Positions 28,356 through 37,980 of a DNA stretch of 64,000 nucleotides are shown piece after piece. The notes below the pieces were generated by a model that searched no databases, was not told where the DNA came from, and saw only the letters and a program-made list of their open reading frames with translations. Positions within the stretch are counted from its first letter, which is position 1; every line of letters starts with the position of its first letter. A program made the translations under genes and the position numbers. The DNA is from a bacterium (lineage in GTDB: Bacteria; Babelota; Babeliae; Babelales; RVW-14). Where the stretch lies: the NCBI GenBank assembly GCA_043822925.1, contig JBDRBF010000002.1, positions 34,840 to 98,839 on the forward strand. Reading direction: 5' to 3'.

Positions 28356-30338
28356 ATGAAAAAAGATTCAAAGAATAATAATCAAGATAATAGTCGAAAA
28401 AACAAGAATTTCCCTCAAAAAGGGCCAAATGCTGTATGGCTTCTGCTTTTGTTGCTAGCTGTGGGGACGGCCTATTTGTTTTGGTACAATAGTGTTAATC
28501 GAGATGTTGATCAAGTAACGTTTTCTAAGTTGCTTGCGCAGGTCCAAGCTAATCAGGTTAAAAGCATTAAAATGCAGGAACGCTTCGTCCAGGGCTCGTA
28601 TCAAGATGGCAAAAAGTTTACTGGTTATGTTGAGCCTACACCGAAGTTTTGGGATTTGTTGGCCGAACATCGTGTAGATGTTGAAATATTCCCTCAAGAG
28701 AAGCAGTCTTGGGGAGGGTATCTCTTTTTGCTTTTGTTACCATTTATACTACTTTTTGTGTTCTTTTATTTTAAACAAAGCCAGAGTGGTGGTGGCGGTG
28801 GCGGCGGTAAGATTTTCAGTATGGGTAAGAGTAAAGCAAAGTTTTTCTCCCCAAATACAGTGAATATTACATTTAAAGACGTTGCCGGTGTTACTGAAGC
28901 AAAAGATGACTTAAAAGATATTATCGAATTTTTAAAAAGTCCGGAAAAATTTGAACGTTTAGGGGCTAAAATACCTCGTGGTGTATTGTTGACTGGTGCG
29001 CCAGGTAACGGTAAAACAATGTTGGCTAAAGCAGTTGCTGGGGAAGCAAGTTGTCCATTTTTTAGCATTAGCGGGTCTGATTTTGTTGAAGTGTTTGTTG
29101 GTGTTGGAGCGTCTCGTGTTCGAGATTTGTTCTTGCAAGCACGTAAGCATGCGCCATGTATCGTTTTTATAGATGAAATAGATGCTGTTGGTAGGCAACG
29201 TGGTATTGGTCTTGGTGGTGGTAACGATGAACGCGAACAGACGTTGAATCAGTTACTTGCTGAAATGGACGGGTTTTCTACTGAGCGTGGAGCTGTAATA
29301 GTTCTGGCTGCAACAAATAGGCCTGATGTTCTTGATAGTGCTTTGTTACGACCAGGCCGTTTTGACCGTGTTATTGAGGTGCCATATCCAGATCTTGAAA
29401 GCAGAGAACAAATTTTAAAAGTTCACGCAACTAAAGTAACACTGGATAAAGAAGTAGATCTTCGTAGAATAGCACGTGGTACTCCAGGTTTTAGTGGCGC
29501 CGATCTTGAAAATATTATTAACGAAGCTGCTCTTTTGGCCTCAAAATTTAATGAAAAGACGATTACTTCGAAATATTTTGAAAAAGCTCGAGATAAGATA
29601 ATTTTAGGGGCTGAAAGAAAAACTTTGGTTTTAACTGATGACGAAAAGCGTATGACCGCATATCATGAAGCTGGACATACGATGCTTAATCTTTTATTAA
29701 GTGAAACTGATCCCTTTCATAAAGCGAGCATTATTCCTCGTGGGCGAGCTCTTGGTGTTTCTTGGTCTTTACCTGAGAAAGATAAGTATTCTCGTACAAA
29801 GAGCGAAATGCTTGCTCGCATTACGCTGTCGTTTGGCGGGTTGCTTGCCGAGGAGCTTGTTTTCAATAATCAAACGAGCGGGGCTTCTAATGATATTCAA
29901 GAAGCAACTAAAACAGCTCGTGCGATGGTGCGTCAGTATGGCATGTCTGATTTGGGGCCTATAGATTTTAAAGTATCTATGGAGCATCCATATCTTGGCA
30001 GAGACATTCAAAGTACGCGTGAGTTTTCAGAGAAAACAGCTGAGGCTATCGATGTACAGGTGAAAAAGATCTTGGATGAGAGTTATCAGCGAGGTAAAAA
30101 GCTTTTAAGTGATAATCTTGATAAGCTTAAGTTACTTGCTGAAACGCTCTTTGAAAAAGAAACGTTATATGCACATGAAGTGTATGAGCTTTTACATATA
30201 ACGCCACGAGCAGATCATCGTTTTGCTTCTGATGCAGAAAAAGAAGAAGAGTTGGCTAAAAGAGAGGCAAATTTTGAGAGCGAGGGTCGAGATTTCAAGC
30301 AAGATCCTAAGTCTGAAACGAAGCAAGAAGATGAGTAA
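28356..30338 (+). CDS. ftsH: ATP-dependent zinc metalloprotease FtsH
   Basis: Two TM helices, [21 protein letters not shown] region and HEAGH. Confidence 0.98.
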   Translation: MKKDSKNNNQDNSRKNKNFPQKGPNAVWLLLLLLAVGTAYLFWYNSVNRDVDQVTFSKLLAQVQANQVKSIKMQERFVQGSYQDGKKFTGYVEPTPKFWDLLAEHRVDVEIFPQEKQSWGGYLFLLLLPFILLFVFFYFKQSQSGGGGGGGKIFSMGKSKAKFFSPNTVNITFKDVAGVTEAKDDLKDIIEFLKSPEKFERLGAKIPRGVLLTGAPGNGKTMLAKAVAGEASCPFFSISGSDFVEVFVGVGASRVRDLFLQARKHAPCIVFIDEIDAVGRQRGIGLGGGNDEREQTLNQLLAEMDGFSTERGAVIVLAATNRPDVLDSALLRPGRFDRVIEVPYPDLESREQILKVHATKVTLDKEVDLRRIARGTPGFSGADLENIINEAALLASKFNEKTITSKYFEKARDKIILGAERKTLVLTDDEKRMTAYHEAGHTMLNLLLSETDPFHKASIIPRGRALGVSWSLPEKDKYSRTKSEMLARITLSFGGLLAEELVFNNQTSGASNDIQEATKTARAMVRQYGMSDLGPIDFKVSMEHPYLGRDIQSTREFSEKTAEAIDVQVKKILDESYQRGKKLLSDNLDKLKLLAETLFEKETLYAHEVYELLHITPRADHRFASDAEKEEELAKREANFESEGRDFKQDPKSETKQEDE

Positions 30339-30465
30339 GTAAGTTTTCTAACAGCAATATTAAGCGGTTTTATTCTTATTGCTTTAAAAAAACTGAGCTT
30401 TTGCTAAAATATCTTTTATTATTGATTACTAATTAATGTTATGAGAGTGAAAGGACCTAAGAACA

Positions 30466-30663
30466 ATGTCAAAAATCTGCATGTTGTGCGAAAAAAGACC
30501 ACGTACTGTTAATAATGTAAGTAATGCGAATAATAAAACGATTCGCTGGGTGTATCCCAATGTTCATGTAATGCGTTTTAGTGTTAAAGGGCAAAAGACT
30601 GTTCAACGTGGTCCTGTTTGCACAAAGTGTGTCAAAGCTGGTAAAGTTGAAAAAGTAATATAA
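30466..30663 (+). CDS. rpmB: 50S ribosomal protein L28 (Cys-containing form)
   Basis: MSKIC..C...NNVS.ANNKT.R...PN...VCTKC.K. Confidence 0.92.
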   Translation: MSKICMLCEKRPRTVNNVSNANNKTIRWVYPNVHVMRFSVKGQKTVQRGPVCTKCVKAGKVEKVI

Positions 30664-30682
30664 AAATATCAAGAGTAATATA

Positions 30683-30949
30683 ATGGCAAATTTAAAATCG
30701 TCTAAGAAAAACGTACTGACAAGTGAAAAGCGTCGTAAAAACAATCTTGGCAGAAAATCTGAAATTAAAACATTAGCTAAAAAAGTTTTGGATGCTCTTG
30801 CTGCTAACAATATTGAATTAGCAAAAGAAATGTTGAGAGCGACCGAAGCGAAAGTTGCACGCGCTACTGGAAAACGTGTAATCAAAAAAAATACTGGCAT
30901 GAGAAAAGTTAGTCGTTTAGCAAAAAAAGTCGCAGCGGCACAAAAATAA
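30683..30949 (+). CDS. rpsT: 30S ribosomal protein S20
   Basis: MANLKSSKK...KS.IKT..KK...KN...RK.SRL. Confidence 0.95.
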   Translation: MANLKSSKKNVLTSEKRRKNNLGRKSEIKTLAKKVLDALAANNIELAKEMLRATEAKVARATGKRVIKKNTGMRKVSRLAKKVAAAQK

Positions 30950-31013
30950 GCATAGTTCTTTCTATAAAAAGGTAGAAATGAGTAAATGGGGGATAACGTA
31001 ACGTAATGAGGGT

Positions 31014-31616
31014 ATGAAGATGATGAGAACAGGCGAACTTGTCGTTGTGGTTGATTCGGTAGAAGAAGCAGTAAAATTTTACACCGAAAAACTGGGCTTT
31101 GATATTGTTGAGCTTGTTGAAGATCAAACAGATCCTCGAACACTTGGGTTTGCGCAGTTGCGTAAAAGTAAGTGCGGCGTTGTCTTCCGTAAGCCGTTGG
31201 TAGAAGAATTTGCTGAATTTAGTTTTATTAAGCGCTGCTTAAGTCGCTGTGTTGGTCTTTCTTTGGAAGTAAACAAAGGCATTGAAAAATTGTTTACGCG
31301 ATGTTCAAAAAAAGGCATCGATATTGTACATGCTCTTGCCGATGATCCTAAGAGAAAAATAAAATTTTTTACCGTAAAAGATCCGTTTGGTATAAAACTT
31401 GAATTTATGCAAGCCCTTGAGGGTGCATCAAGTAAGCCTAGTTTGAATTTTCATGGTCTTTATATTAATGAACAAGATCTTAAAAAACTTTCTGAAACTG
31501 AAGAAGTACTGGTCGACAAAATGGTCGATGTGCTTAAAAAGTTTGGCATTTTACGGCGAGCAGCAAAGAAGCATGCAAAAATACATCTTAAGCGGTTGGC
31601 AAAGAAAGTTTCTTAG
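31014..31616 (+). CDS. VOC/glyoxalase family protein
   Basis: VDSVEEAVKFYTEKLGF and FTVKDPFG..LEF motifs. Confidence 0.85.
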   Translation: MKMMRTGELVVVVDSVEEAVKFYTEKLGFDIVELVEDQTDPRTLGFAQLRKSKCGVVFRKPLVEEFAEFSFIKRCLSRCVGLSLEVNKGIEKLFTRCSKKGIDIVHALADDPKRKIKFFTVKDPFGIKLEFMQALEGASSKPSLNFHGLYINEQDLKKLSETEEVLVDKMVDVLKKFGILRRAAKKHAKIHLKRLAKKVS

Positions 31617-33091
31617 ATTAGAGAAAGTACTCGAGATTTTAGTTCTTCCAGATTAGTAACGCCCTCTTCAATTTGAATTCGATACGCTTCTTTCAAGAGC
31701 TCACCAAGTTGTTTTCCCGGTTTAATATGCTCAAGAAGATGGCGACCCATTAAGATAGCAGGCTCAGGTTCATTCAGAACCTGGGCCTTTTCTGCTTCTA
31801 CTAAAAAATTTTTGTAGGTTTGGTTGCACCCCGTTAGAGGCTCAGAGCTTTCTGCGTTTCGTGCTCGCCCATCGGCAAGTGTAAGCAGTGCCAGTTGCCT
31901 CAAATTTACTTCTGGTGCAAGTTTTTTGGCCAGACGTTTATATGCGTTTGGGTTGGCTTTGCTTTTGGTGTCAATGAAGCTTGCGGGTAACATATGCGCA
32001 GCGACAAGTTTGCAGGTTGCATCAATTAAGAAAGTATCTCGAGTGAAACGTTTTAAGAGTTTTTTTGCTATTTTTATGCCTTCTTGGTCATGCTTTTTGC
32101 AGCTTAAATCTGTATCTACGGTGATAGGTTTGCCCAGATCATGACACAGTGCCGCTATCATGATCAAAAACTTCTCGTCTTCTTGAGATAAACTTTCGTT
32201 TTCTTGATATAGGTTAATAATCGCAGCAGCATCAAGAGCCTGCATCGTATGTTCAAAGACGTCACCTTCCGGGTGATATTCAGGCTTTTGGGGTACGCCT
32301 ATTAACGCATGTATTTCTGGAAATAATTCTTGTAGGCGTCCAATATCGTTTAGCCACCTAAAGCCCAGAGATGGTCTACGAGACTTTAAAAATAATTTTT
32401 TAATTTCTTCGTATACCCGTTCTTTGGCTACTGGTTTTTGTGTTACTGGGTCGTTCAGATTAATTTTTGTGCATATTTCTTGTAATGTGTTGTCTGGGTA
32501 CATTTCAAAACGTCCAATAAATTGCATGACGCGATAAAATCTTAGAGGGTCTTCCAGAAATAATTTGGTATCGACGGCTCTTAGTTTTTTATCCTGCATG
32601 TCTTTTAGGCCCCCATAGGGGTCGATTATTTCTAAGCCAATATTTTTATAGTTATTAGTTTTGGATGCTTTTTGGTAAATACTTTCGAAATTTTTACTTA
32701 AGAGATTAAGATTTATAGCCATGGCGTTCATGGTTAAATCGCGCCGACGCATGGCTTGTTCGATTGTTAAACTTGGGTCAATCGTGACGATCGGCTTGCG
32801 GCCCAGGCTATCTGTACGGGGTAACGACCAATCTATATCAAGTGTAAGTAAGCGCAGGACGCCAAACTTTTTGCCGACTAATTTTAGTGGTCCAAATTTT
32901 TTAAGAACAGCTTCAAGCTGCTCAAGCGTAAGTCCGTGTACTTCTATATCGAAATCTTTTACATGCCGGTCAAGCACCAAATCACGCACGCTCCCTCCAA
33001 CGACATACGCCGTGCCTCCGGCAGCATCTATGCTATTTATAATGCGCAAAATGCTTTTGCAGGTATCAAGAAATGATATGAGATTGTTCAT
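31613..33091 (-). CDS. cca: CCA tRNA nucleotidyltransferase with HD domain
   Basis: VGGSVRD..D.DIE, RRDLTMNAMA, EDPLR, HPEGDVFEHT and HDLGK motifs. Confidence 0.93.
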   Translation of the reverse strand: MNNLISFLDTCKSILRIINSIDAAGGTAYVVGGSVRDLVLDRHVKDFDIEVHGLTLEQLEAVLKKFGPLKLVGKKFGVLRLLTLDIDWSLPRTDSLGRKPIVTIDPSLTIEQAMRRRDLTMNAMAINLNLLSKNFESIYQKASKTNNYKNIGLEIIDPYGGLKDMQDKKLRAVDTKLFLEDPLRFYRVMQFIGRFEMYPDNTLQEICTKINLNDPVTQKPVAKERVYEEIKKLFLKSRRPSLGFRWLNDIGRLQELFPEIHALIGVPQKPEYHPEGDVFEHTMQALDAAAIINLYQENESLSQEDEKFLIMIAALCHDLGKPITVDTDLSCKKHDQEGIKIAKKLLKRFTRDTFLIDATCKLVAAHMLPASFIDTKSKANPNAYKRLAKKLAPEVNLRQLALLTLADGRARNAESSEPLTGCNQTYKNFLVEAEKAQVLNEPEPAILMGRHLLEHIKPGKQLGELLKEAYRIQIEEGVTNLEELKSRVLSLI

Positions 33092-33226
33092 AAAACCCTC
33101 ATAACGGTATATTAGTTTTAATATTAGGTGTTAAAATATATGTATAAAAAAGCATAGCACATTACGCAATTACTTGCAGTTTTTTGGGTTTTTTATAGAA
33201 TGATAACTGTTTCAAAAAGAAATTTT

Positions 33227-33302
33227 GGGGCTATAGCTCAGATGGTAGAGCGCTTGAATGGCATTCAAGAGGTCACCGGTTCGATCCCGGTTAGCTCCAC
33301 CA
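33227..33302 (+). tRNA. tRNA-Ala (GGC)
   Basis: GGGGCTATAGCTCAG...anticodon arm CTTGA-ATGGCAT-TCAAG, GGTTCGA T-loop, encoded CCA; TTGCAG/TAGAAT promoter-like boxes upstream. Confidence 0.97.
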
Positions 33303-33375
33303 TCCTACGCTCTTCGCCAAAAGGCTTGTAGCTACGGATGGCAGGCCACCTAGGCTAAAGCTTCGGATGTACAGG
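33303..33375 (+). repeat. Two tandem family-B palindromes abutting the tRNA 3' end
   Basis: tcctacgc...gctacggatggcagg, then ccacctaggctaaagcttcggatgtacagg. Confidence 0.7.
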
Positions 33376-33428
33376 ACGAAGAACGGGATGGTAGGGTACA
33401 GTTCCAAAATATTTTCGGGAAACATGTA

Positions 33429-33962
33429 ATGAAGTCAAAGAAGCTTAAAAATGGCCTTCTTTTTTACCGATACTTGTTTTCATTCGGTCTTTTTTTCAGC
33501 ACTTTAATCTATTTAATTATATCTTTTGGTTTGGGCAAGGGTTTTTATCTTATGCTTCTTTCCTGGAGCTTATATATCTTATGTTTGCCTGCAGCGCATG
33601 GGCAATTACTGATAGGGTACCCCGTTTATGCGCTTTTTCGTGTTTCTTTTTATATTGAAGCATATTTGTGGCTTATAGCTGTTTTGTTTAATCTATATAC
33701 GTATTTTTGTGTCCCTGGTGCGTATATGTCATTTGCGCCGACTCATCTTTTATTTCGAATAATATCTGCGCCAAACCCATATTGGCTTATTATAGCTATT
33801 TCTGCTTTGGGCACGTTTTATAACGTTATGGCTAGATTAGGGTACTTTTATAAAAAAGCTTATAAGCATGTCTTTACGCGTTATATTCTTGTTTTAGGCG
33901 GTTTTTTGACCTTTTTCTATTTGGCCTATCAAGAAATTATTATCGTTCTCAATTCTTTCTGA
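33429..33962 (+). CDS. Hypothetical membrane protein
   Basis: 177 aa, about five hydrophobic segments. Confidence 0.75.
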   Translation: MKSKKLKNGLLFYRYLFSFGLFFSTLIYLIISFGLGKGFYLMLLSWSLYILCLPAAHGQLLIGYPVYALFRVSFYIEAYLWLIAVLFNLYTYFCVPGAYMSFAPTHLLFRIISAPNPYWLIIAISALGTFYNVMARLGYFYKKAYKHVFTRYILVLGGFLTFFYLAYQEIIIVLNSF

Positions 33963-34078
33963 GCGTTTAAGGCTATTTTTGAGTAGCTAAAACGCAAAAA
34001 ATATTTTATAAAGTATGTACTGGTAAAAATCGAAAAACATTGATCAATTAAACAATTTTTTGTATTTCAGGAGCTTTC

Positions 34079-35242
34079 ATGTTGCATATACCCCTTTCAG
34101 GGATAAAAAAGATCGAAGAAGTAGCTGGAAGCAGTAATGAGTATGTTTCTTTATCTCAGGGGTCAATAAAAGTTGGCGGGATTCCCCAACAAATAAAAGA
34201 TTATATTCAAGGTCTCATGGCTACTGATAAAACTGATTATTATGGCAGCTGCTGGGGTCTGAAGCTTTTGCGAGAAAAATTGTCGACCGTTCTTTCTGCT
34301 CGTTACGGGCAAAATATTACAGCCGGTCAAATATTGCCGACACATGGTTGTATTGGTGGCCTAACTCTTTTGTATATGACGTTACTTGATGCGGGCGATG
34401 AAGTTATTATTCCAGAGCCTGCTTATCCTGCTTATACCACACTTGCAGGTGCTGCTCGTGCTAAACCTGTTTTTGTTTCGTGCGTAAAGGCGGCGAGTAA
34501 GTGTTCTCGTCTTGGCTCGGTTGAATGGGAATTTGATATCGAAAAAATAAAACAAGCGACGACGTCAAAAACGAAGATGATTATTTTCTCAAACCCCTGT
34601 AATCCATTAGGGCTTGTTGTTGGTAAAACTGATTTATTAGAGCTTGTTTCTTGGTGTGAAAAGCACGGGATTTATTTAGTTATAGACGAAGCTTATGGTG
34701 ATTATGTTTTTGAGGGCGAATTTTATTCTAGTCTAGAATTTATAAATAAGTCCCAGTGGGTAATTTCGGCTCACACGTTTTCAAAGAATATGGCTTTAAG
34801 TGGTTGGCGCATTGGGTACTTAGTTGTGCCTGAAAAAATTATTGCTGCACTTGCGGGTATGCAAGATGCTCTTTTAAATTGCTTAAATAACACTGCTCAA
34901 TATGCTGCTATGTTTGCGCTTGATTATCCAGAAGTAACGCGTGAATTTGCGCAAAAACTTAAGCTAAATCGTGATTTGGCTATGCAATTATTACAGCCAT
35001 TAGTAGATCAGAAAATTTTTACATTAGGCCGTAAGCCAGTTGGTGGTTTTTATTTGTTTATTAAAACAGAGCATGAAGACTCTATGGATCTGTGCATGAG
35101 TATTTTAAATCAGGCTAAAGTGGGACTTATTCCTGGACGATCGTTTGGTCAGGCTGGAGCATCGTTTTTGCGTTTGTGTTATGCTCGTGAAACAGATGTT
35201 TTACGCGAAGGTATTAATCGTATTTTGGGCTATTTTTTATAA
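34079..35242 (+). CDS. PLP-dependent aminotransferase class I/II
   Basis: NP.NP.G, DEAY and FSK....GWRIG motifs. Confidence 0.95.
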   Translation: MLHIPLSGIKKIEEVAGSSNEYVSLSQGSIKVGGIPQQIKDYIQGLMATDKTDYYGSCWGLKLLREKLSTVLSARYGQNITAGQILPTHGCIGGLTLLYMTLLDAGDEVIIPEPAYPAYTTLAGAARAKPVFVSCVKAASKCSRLGSVEWEFDIEKIKQATTSKTKMIIFSNPCNPLGLVVGKTDLLELVSWCEKHGIYLVIDEAYGDYVFEGEFYSSLEFINKSQWVISAHTFSKNMALSGWRIGYLVVPEKIIAALAGMQDALLNCLNNTAQYAAMFALDYPEVTREFAQKLKLNRDLAMQLLQPLVDQKIFTLGRKPVGGFYLFIKTEHEDSMDLCMSILNQAKVGLIPGRSFGQAGASFLRLCYARETDVLREGINRILGYFL

Positions 35243-35262
35243 TAAAATAAAGGGGTAAGCCC

Positions 35263-36420
35263 ATGTTGCACATGCCTATTTCGACGATCAAAAAGATAGA
35301 AGATATTGCAGGAAATAATCCTGATTATGTTTCTTTGTCTCAGGGATCAGTAAAATTGGGTGGTGTGCCTGAAGAAATACGTGAATATGTACGGCAACAG
35401 CTTTTGACTAACAAGACTGATTACTATCAAAGTTGTTGGGGGCTCGAGTTATATCGAGAAAAAGTTTCCCAAGTACTGACTCAGAAGTATGGGCAAGAAT
35501 TTAAAGTAAGCCAAATATTACCAACACACGGGTGTCAGGGCGGCATAACACTCTTATTTATGACATTACTTGATGCTGATTCAGAAATTATTATTCCAGA
35601 GCCTGCATATCCGGCGTATACGAATATCGCACGTGTTTCGCGTGGAAATATTGTGTATGTGTCTTGTTCTCAAGATACGAGCACGTTAAATATGGTTAAT
35701 TGGGATTTAGACATAGAAAAGATCAAACAGGCAACAACGTCTAAAACAAAAGTAATTTTGTTTTCTAATCCAAGTAATCCTATGGGTATCGTTATTGGTA
35801 AACAAAAATTATTAGAATTGGTTTCTTGGTGTGAAAAGCACGGGATCTATTTAATTGTTGATGAAGCGTATCGAGAATACGTTTTTGATGGTGATTGTTA
35901 TTCGAGTCTTGAGCTTGTGAATAAATCTAAATTTGTTGTTTCTGTGCATACGTTTTCAAAAAGTATGGCTATGATTGGTTGGCGCGTTGGGTATATTGTT
36001 GCTCATGAAAAACTTATTACTATGCTTGCTGGTATGCAAGATGCGCTTATGAATTGTCTTAATAATGCGTCACAATATGCAGCGCTTTATGCGCTTGATC
36101 ATCCAGAGTTTACTCAAAAATTTTTTCAGATAATTAAAAATAATAGAGATTTGGCTATGCATGAGTTGCAGCCGCTCGTTGACCGGGGGATTTTGGCTTT
36201 TAAAAAACCAAATGGTGGGATTTTCTTGTTTCTTAAGACAAATCAGACTGATACAGCAGATTTGTGTATGGATATTTTGAATAAAGCTAAAGTGGGATTA
36301 ATTCCAGGACGAGCATTTGGCCCAAGTGGTGCAGCGTCTATTCGTCTTTGTTATTCACGCGAGACAGATGTTTTGTATGAAGGCATAAGCCGTATTCTTG
36401 GTTATTTTGCACAAAAATAA
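35263..36420 (+). CDS. PLP-dependent aminotransferase class I/II, tandem paralog
   Basis: Same motifs; colinear with the upstream gene along its whole length. Confidence 0.95.
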   Translation: MLHMPISTIKKIEDIAGNNPDYVSLSQGSVKLGGVPEEIREYVRQQLLTNKTDYYQSCWGLELYREKVSQVLTQKYGQEFKVSQILPTHGCQGGITLLFMTLLDADSEIIIPEPAYPAYTNIARVSRGNIVYVSCSQDTSTLNMVNWDLDIEKIKQATTSKTKVILFSNPSNPMGIVIGKQKLLELVSWCEKHGIYLIVDEAYREYVFDGDCYSSLELVNKSKFVVSVHTFSKSMAMIGWRVGYIVAHEKLITMLAGMQDALMNCLNNASQYAALYALDHPEFTQKFFQIIKNNRDLAMHELQPLVDRGILAFKKPNGGIFLFLKTNQTDTADLCMDILNKAKVGLIPGRAFGPSGAASIRLCYSRETDVLYEGISRILGYFAQK

Positions 36421-36441
36421 AAATTATAGGGAGATCGAAAA

Positions 36442-37860
36442 GTGTATAAACAGCACGTACATTTACATTTTATGGGTATTGGTGGTATTGGCATGAGTGG
36501 CATAGCCGAAATTTTACGGTTACAGGGATACACTGTTTCTGGCTGTGATCTTTCAACAAAAAGTACTACGATCGAGCATTTACAAAGTATTGGGTGTCAT
36601 ATTTATGAAGGGCACGATGCTCAGCACGTGCATGATGCCGATGTGCTTGTTTATTCTTCAGCTGTTGATCAAAAGCATCCAGAAGTTTTGGCTGCGCTTG
36701 AAAAGGGGATACCGGTAATACCTCGAGCAATCATGCTTGCAGAATTAATGCGAACTAAATATAGTATTGCTGTTTCAGGCGCGCACGGTAAAACGACCAC
36801 AACGTCGCTTATTTCCCATATTTTAATTGAAGCTCAAAAACACCCAACAGTAATTATTGGTGGTGTTTTAAAAAATATTGCAGCTAATGCCCAACTGGGT
36901 GACAGTAATTTACTTATTGCTGAAGCAGACGAAAGTGATCGCTCTCTTTTGTATCTCAATCCAACGATGGCTGTTGTGACTAATATAGATGCAGAGCATT
37001 TGGATACATATTCTGGTATCGAAGATATTAAAAATACGTTTAAAAATTTTTTGGCTCGCTTACCATTTTATGGCAAAGCGTTTTTATGTATAGATGACCC
37101 TAATGTTTGTTCGATATTGCCGTTACAGCATATTAATACATTTAAGTATGGGCTGAGTGAGCAGGCAGATTTGATGGGGTCTATTGTTGAACTAGCCAAG
37201 ACGCAATCGTTTTTTGATGTTTATTCGAATAAAATTAAAAATGGTATTAGAGAGAAAACGAAGCTTGGGTCTATAACGCTTAACATGTCTGGCGATCACA
37301 TGGTGCTTAATGCGCTTGCAGCTATAGCTGTTTGCCTAGAACTTGAAGTTCCATTTGAGACAATTGCGCATGCGCTTGAAAATTTTGGTGGTGTCGAGCG
37401 TCGTTTTGAGTATAAAGGTATGTTTAGGGGGGTTGAGATCTTTGATGATTATGGTCATCATCCAACAGAGATACGTAAAACTCTTACTGTAGCAGGCAGA
37501 CGCAAACAGAACCGTTTGCATGTCGTTTTTCAGCCTCATCGTTATTCCCGTACAGAAAAATTGTGGGATGATTTTGTTGCCGTATTTGCACGTCCTGGTA
37601 GCGATTATTCAGTTGATGTTTTGTATATAACTGATATTTATCCAGCCAGCGAGAAACCAATTGCCAATATTACGAGTGAAGTTTTGGTTGAGGCGATTAA
37701 GCTTAAGAATCCTCAGATGAAAGTTCAGTATGTTACATCATACGAGCACGCAGTGTCATTGGCTCCGCAAGCTTTAAACTCGGGCGACCTATTGCTGACT
37801 ATAGGGGCTGGAAAGGTCAATAAGGTCGGTGAAATGCTGGTTTCGATGGACTCTGTTTAA
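36442..37860 (+). CDS. murC: UDP-N-acetylmuramate--L-alanine ligase
   Basis: GIGGIGMSGIA, GAHGKTTTT, EADESD, DDYGHHPTE and FQPHRYSRT motifs. Confidence 0.98.
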   Translation: MYKQHVHLHFMGIGGIGMSGIAEILRLQGYTVSGCDLSTKSTTIEHLQSIGCHIYEGHDAQHVHDADVLVYSSAVDQKHPEVLAALEKGIPVIPRAIMLAELMRTKYSIAVSGAHGKTTTTSLISHILIEAQKHPTVIIGGVLKNIAANAQLGDSNLLIAEADESDRSLLYLNPTMAVVTNIDAEHLDTYSGIEDIKNTFKNFLARLPFYGKAFLCIDDPNVCSILPLQHINTFKYGLSEQADLMGSIVELAKTQSFFDVYSNKIKNGIREKTKLGSITLNMSGDHMVLNALAAIAVCLELEVPFETIAHALENFGGVERRFEYKGMFRGVEIFDDYGHHPTEIRKTLTVAGRRKQNRLHVVFQPHRYSRTEKLWDDFVAVFARPGSDYSVDVLYITDIYPASEKPIANITSEVLVEAIKLKNPQMKVQYVTSYEHAVSLAPQALNSGDLLLTIGAGKVNKVGEMLVSMDSV

Positions 37861-37909
37861 TTTGACAAAAGAATAAACTTACGCGATGCTAGTCAGCATG
37901 TTTTAGGAG

Positions 37910-37940
37910 AAAAAGCGTGTGTGAAACACACGCTTTTTTT
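37910..37940 (+). terminator. Intrinsic terminator-like hairpin after murC
   Basis: aaaaagcgtgtgt-gaa-acacacgcttttttt. Confidence 0.7.
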
Positions 37941-37980
37941 AATCAATGAAATGTTTTTATTTTACGAAAGGGACTCTTCT

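Noticed and set aside
30469-31143. 224-aa minus-strand ORF
   Set aside because: Antisense to rpmB, rpsT and the VOC gene. The same applies to 3442..4002, 14079..14543, 25853..26311 and 43977..44348.
33227-33962. tRNA-Ala as an integration site for a genomic island
   Set aside because: No integrase and no duplicated tRNA 3' end found in the window.
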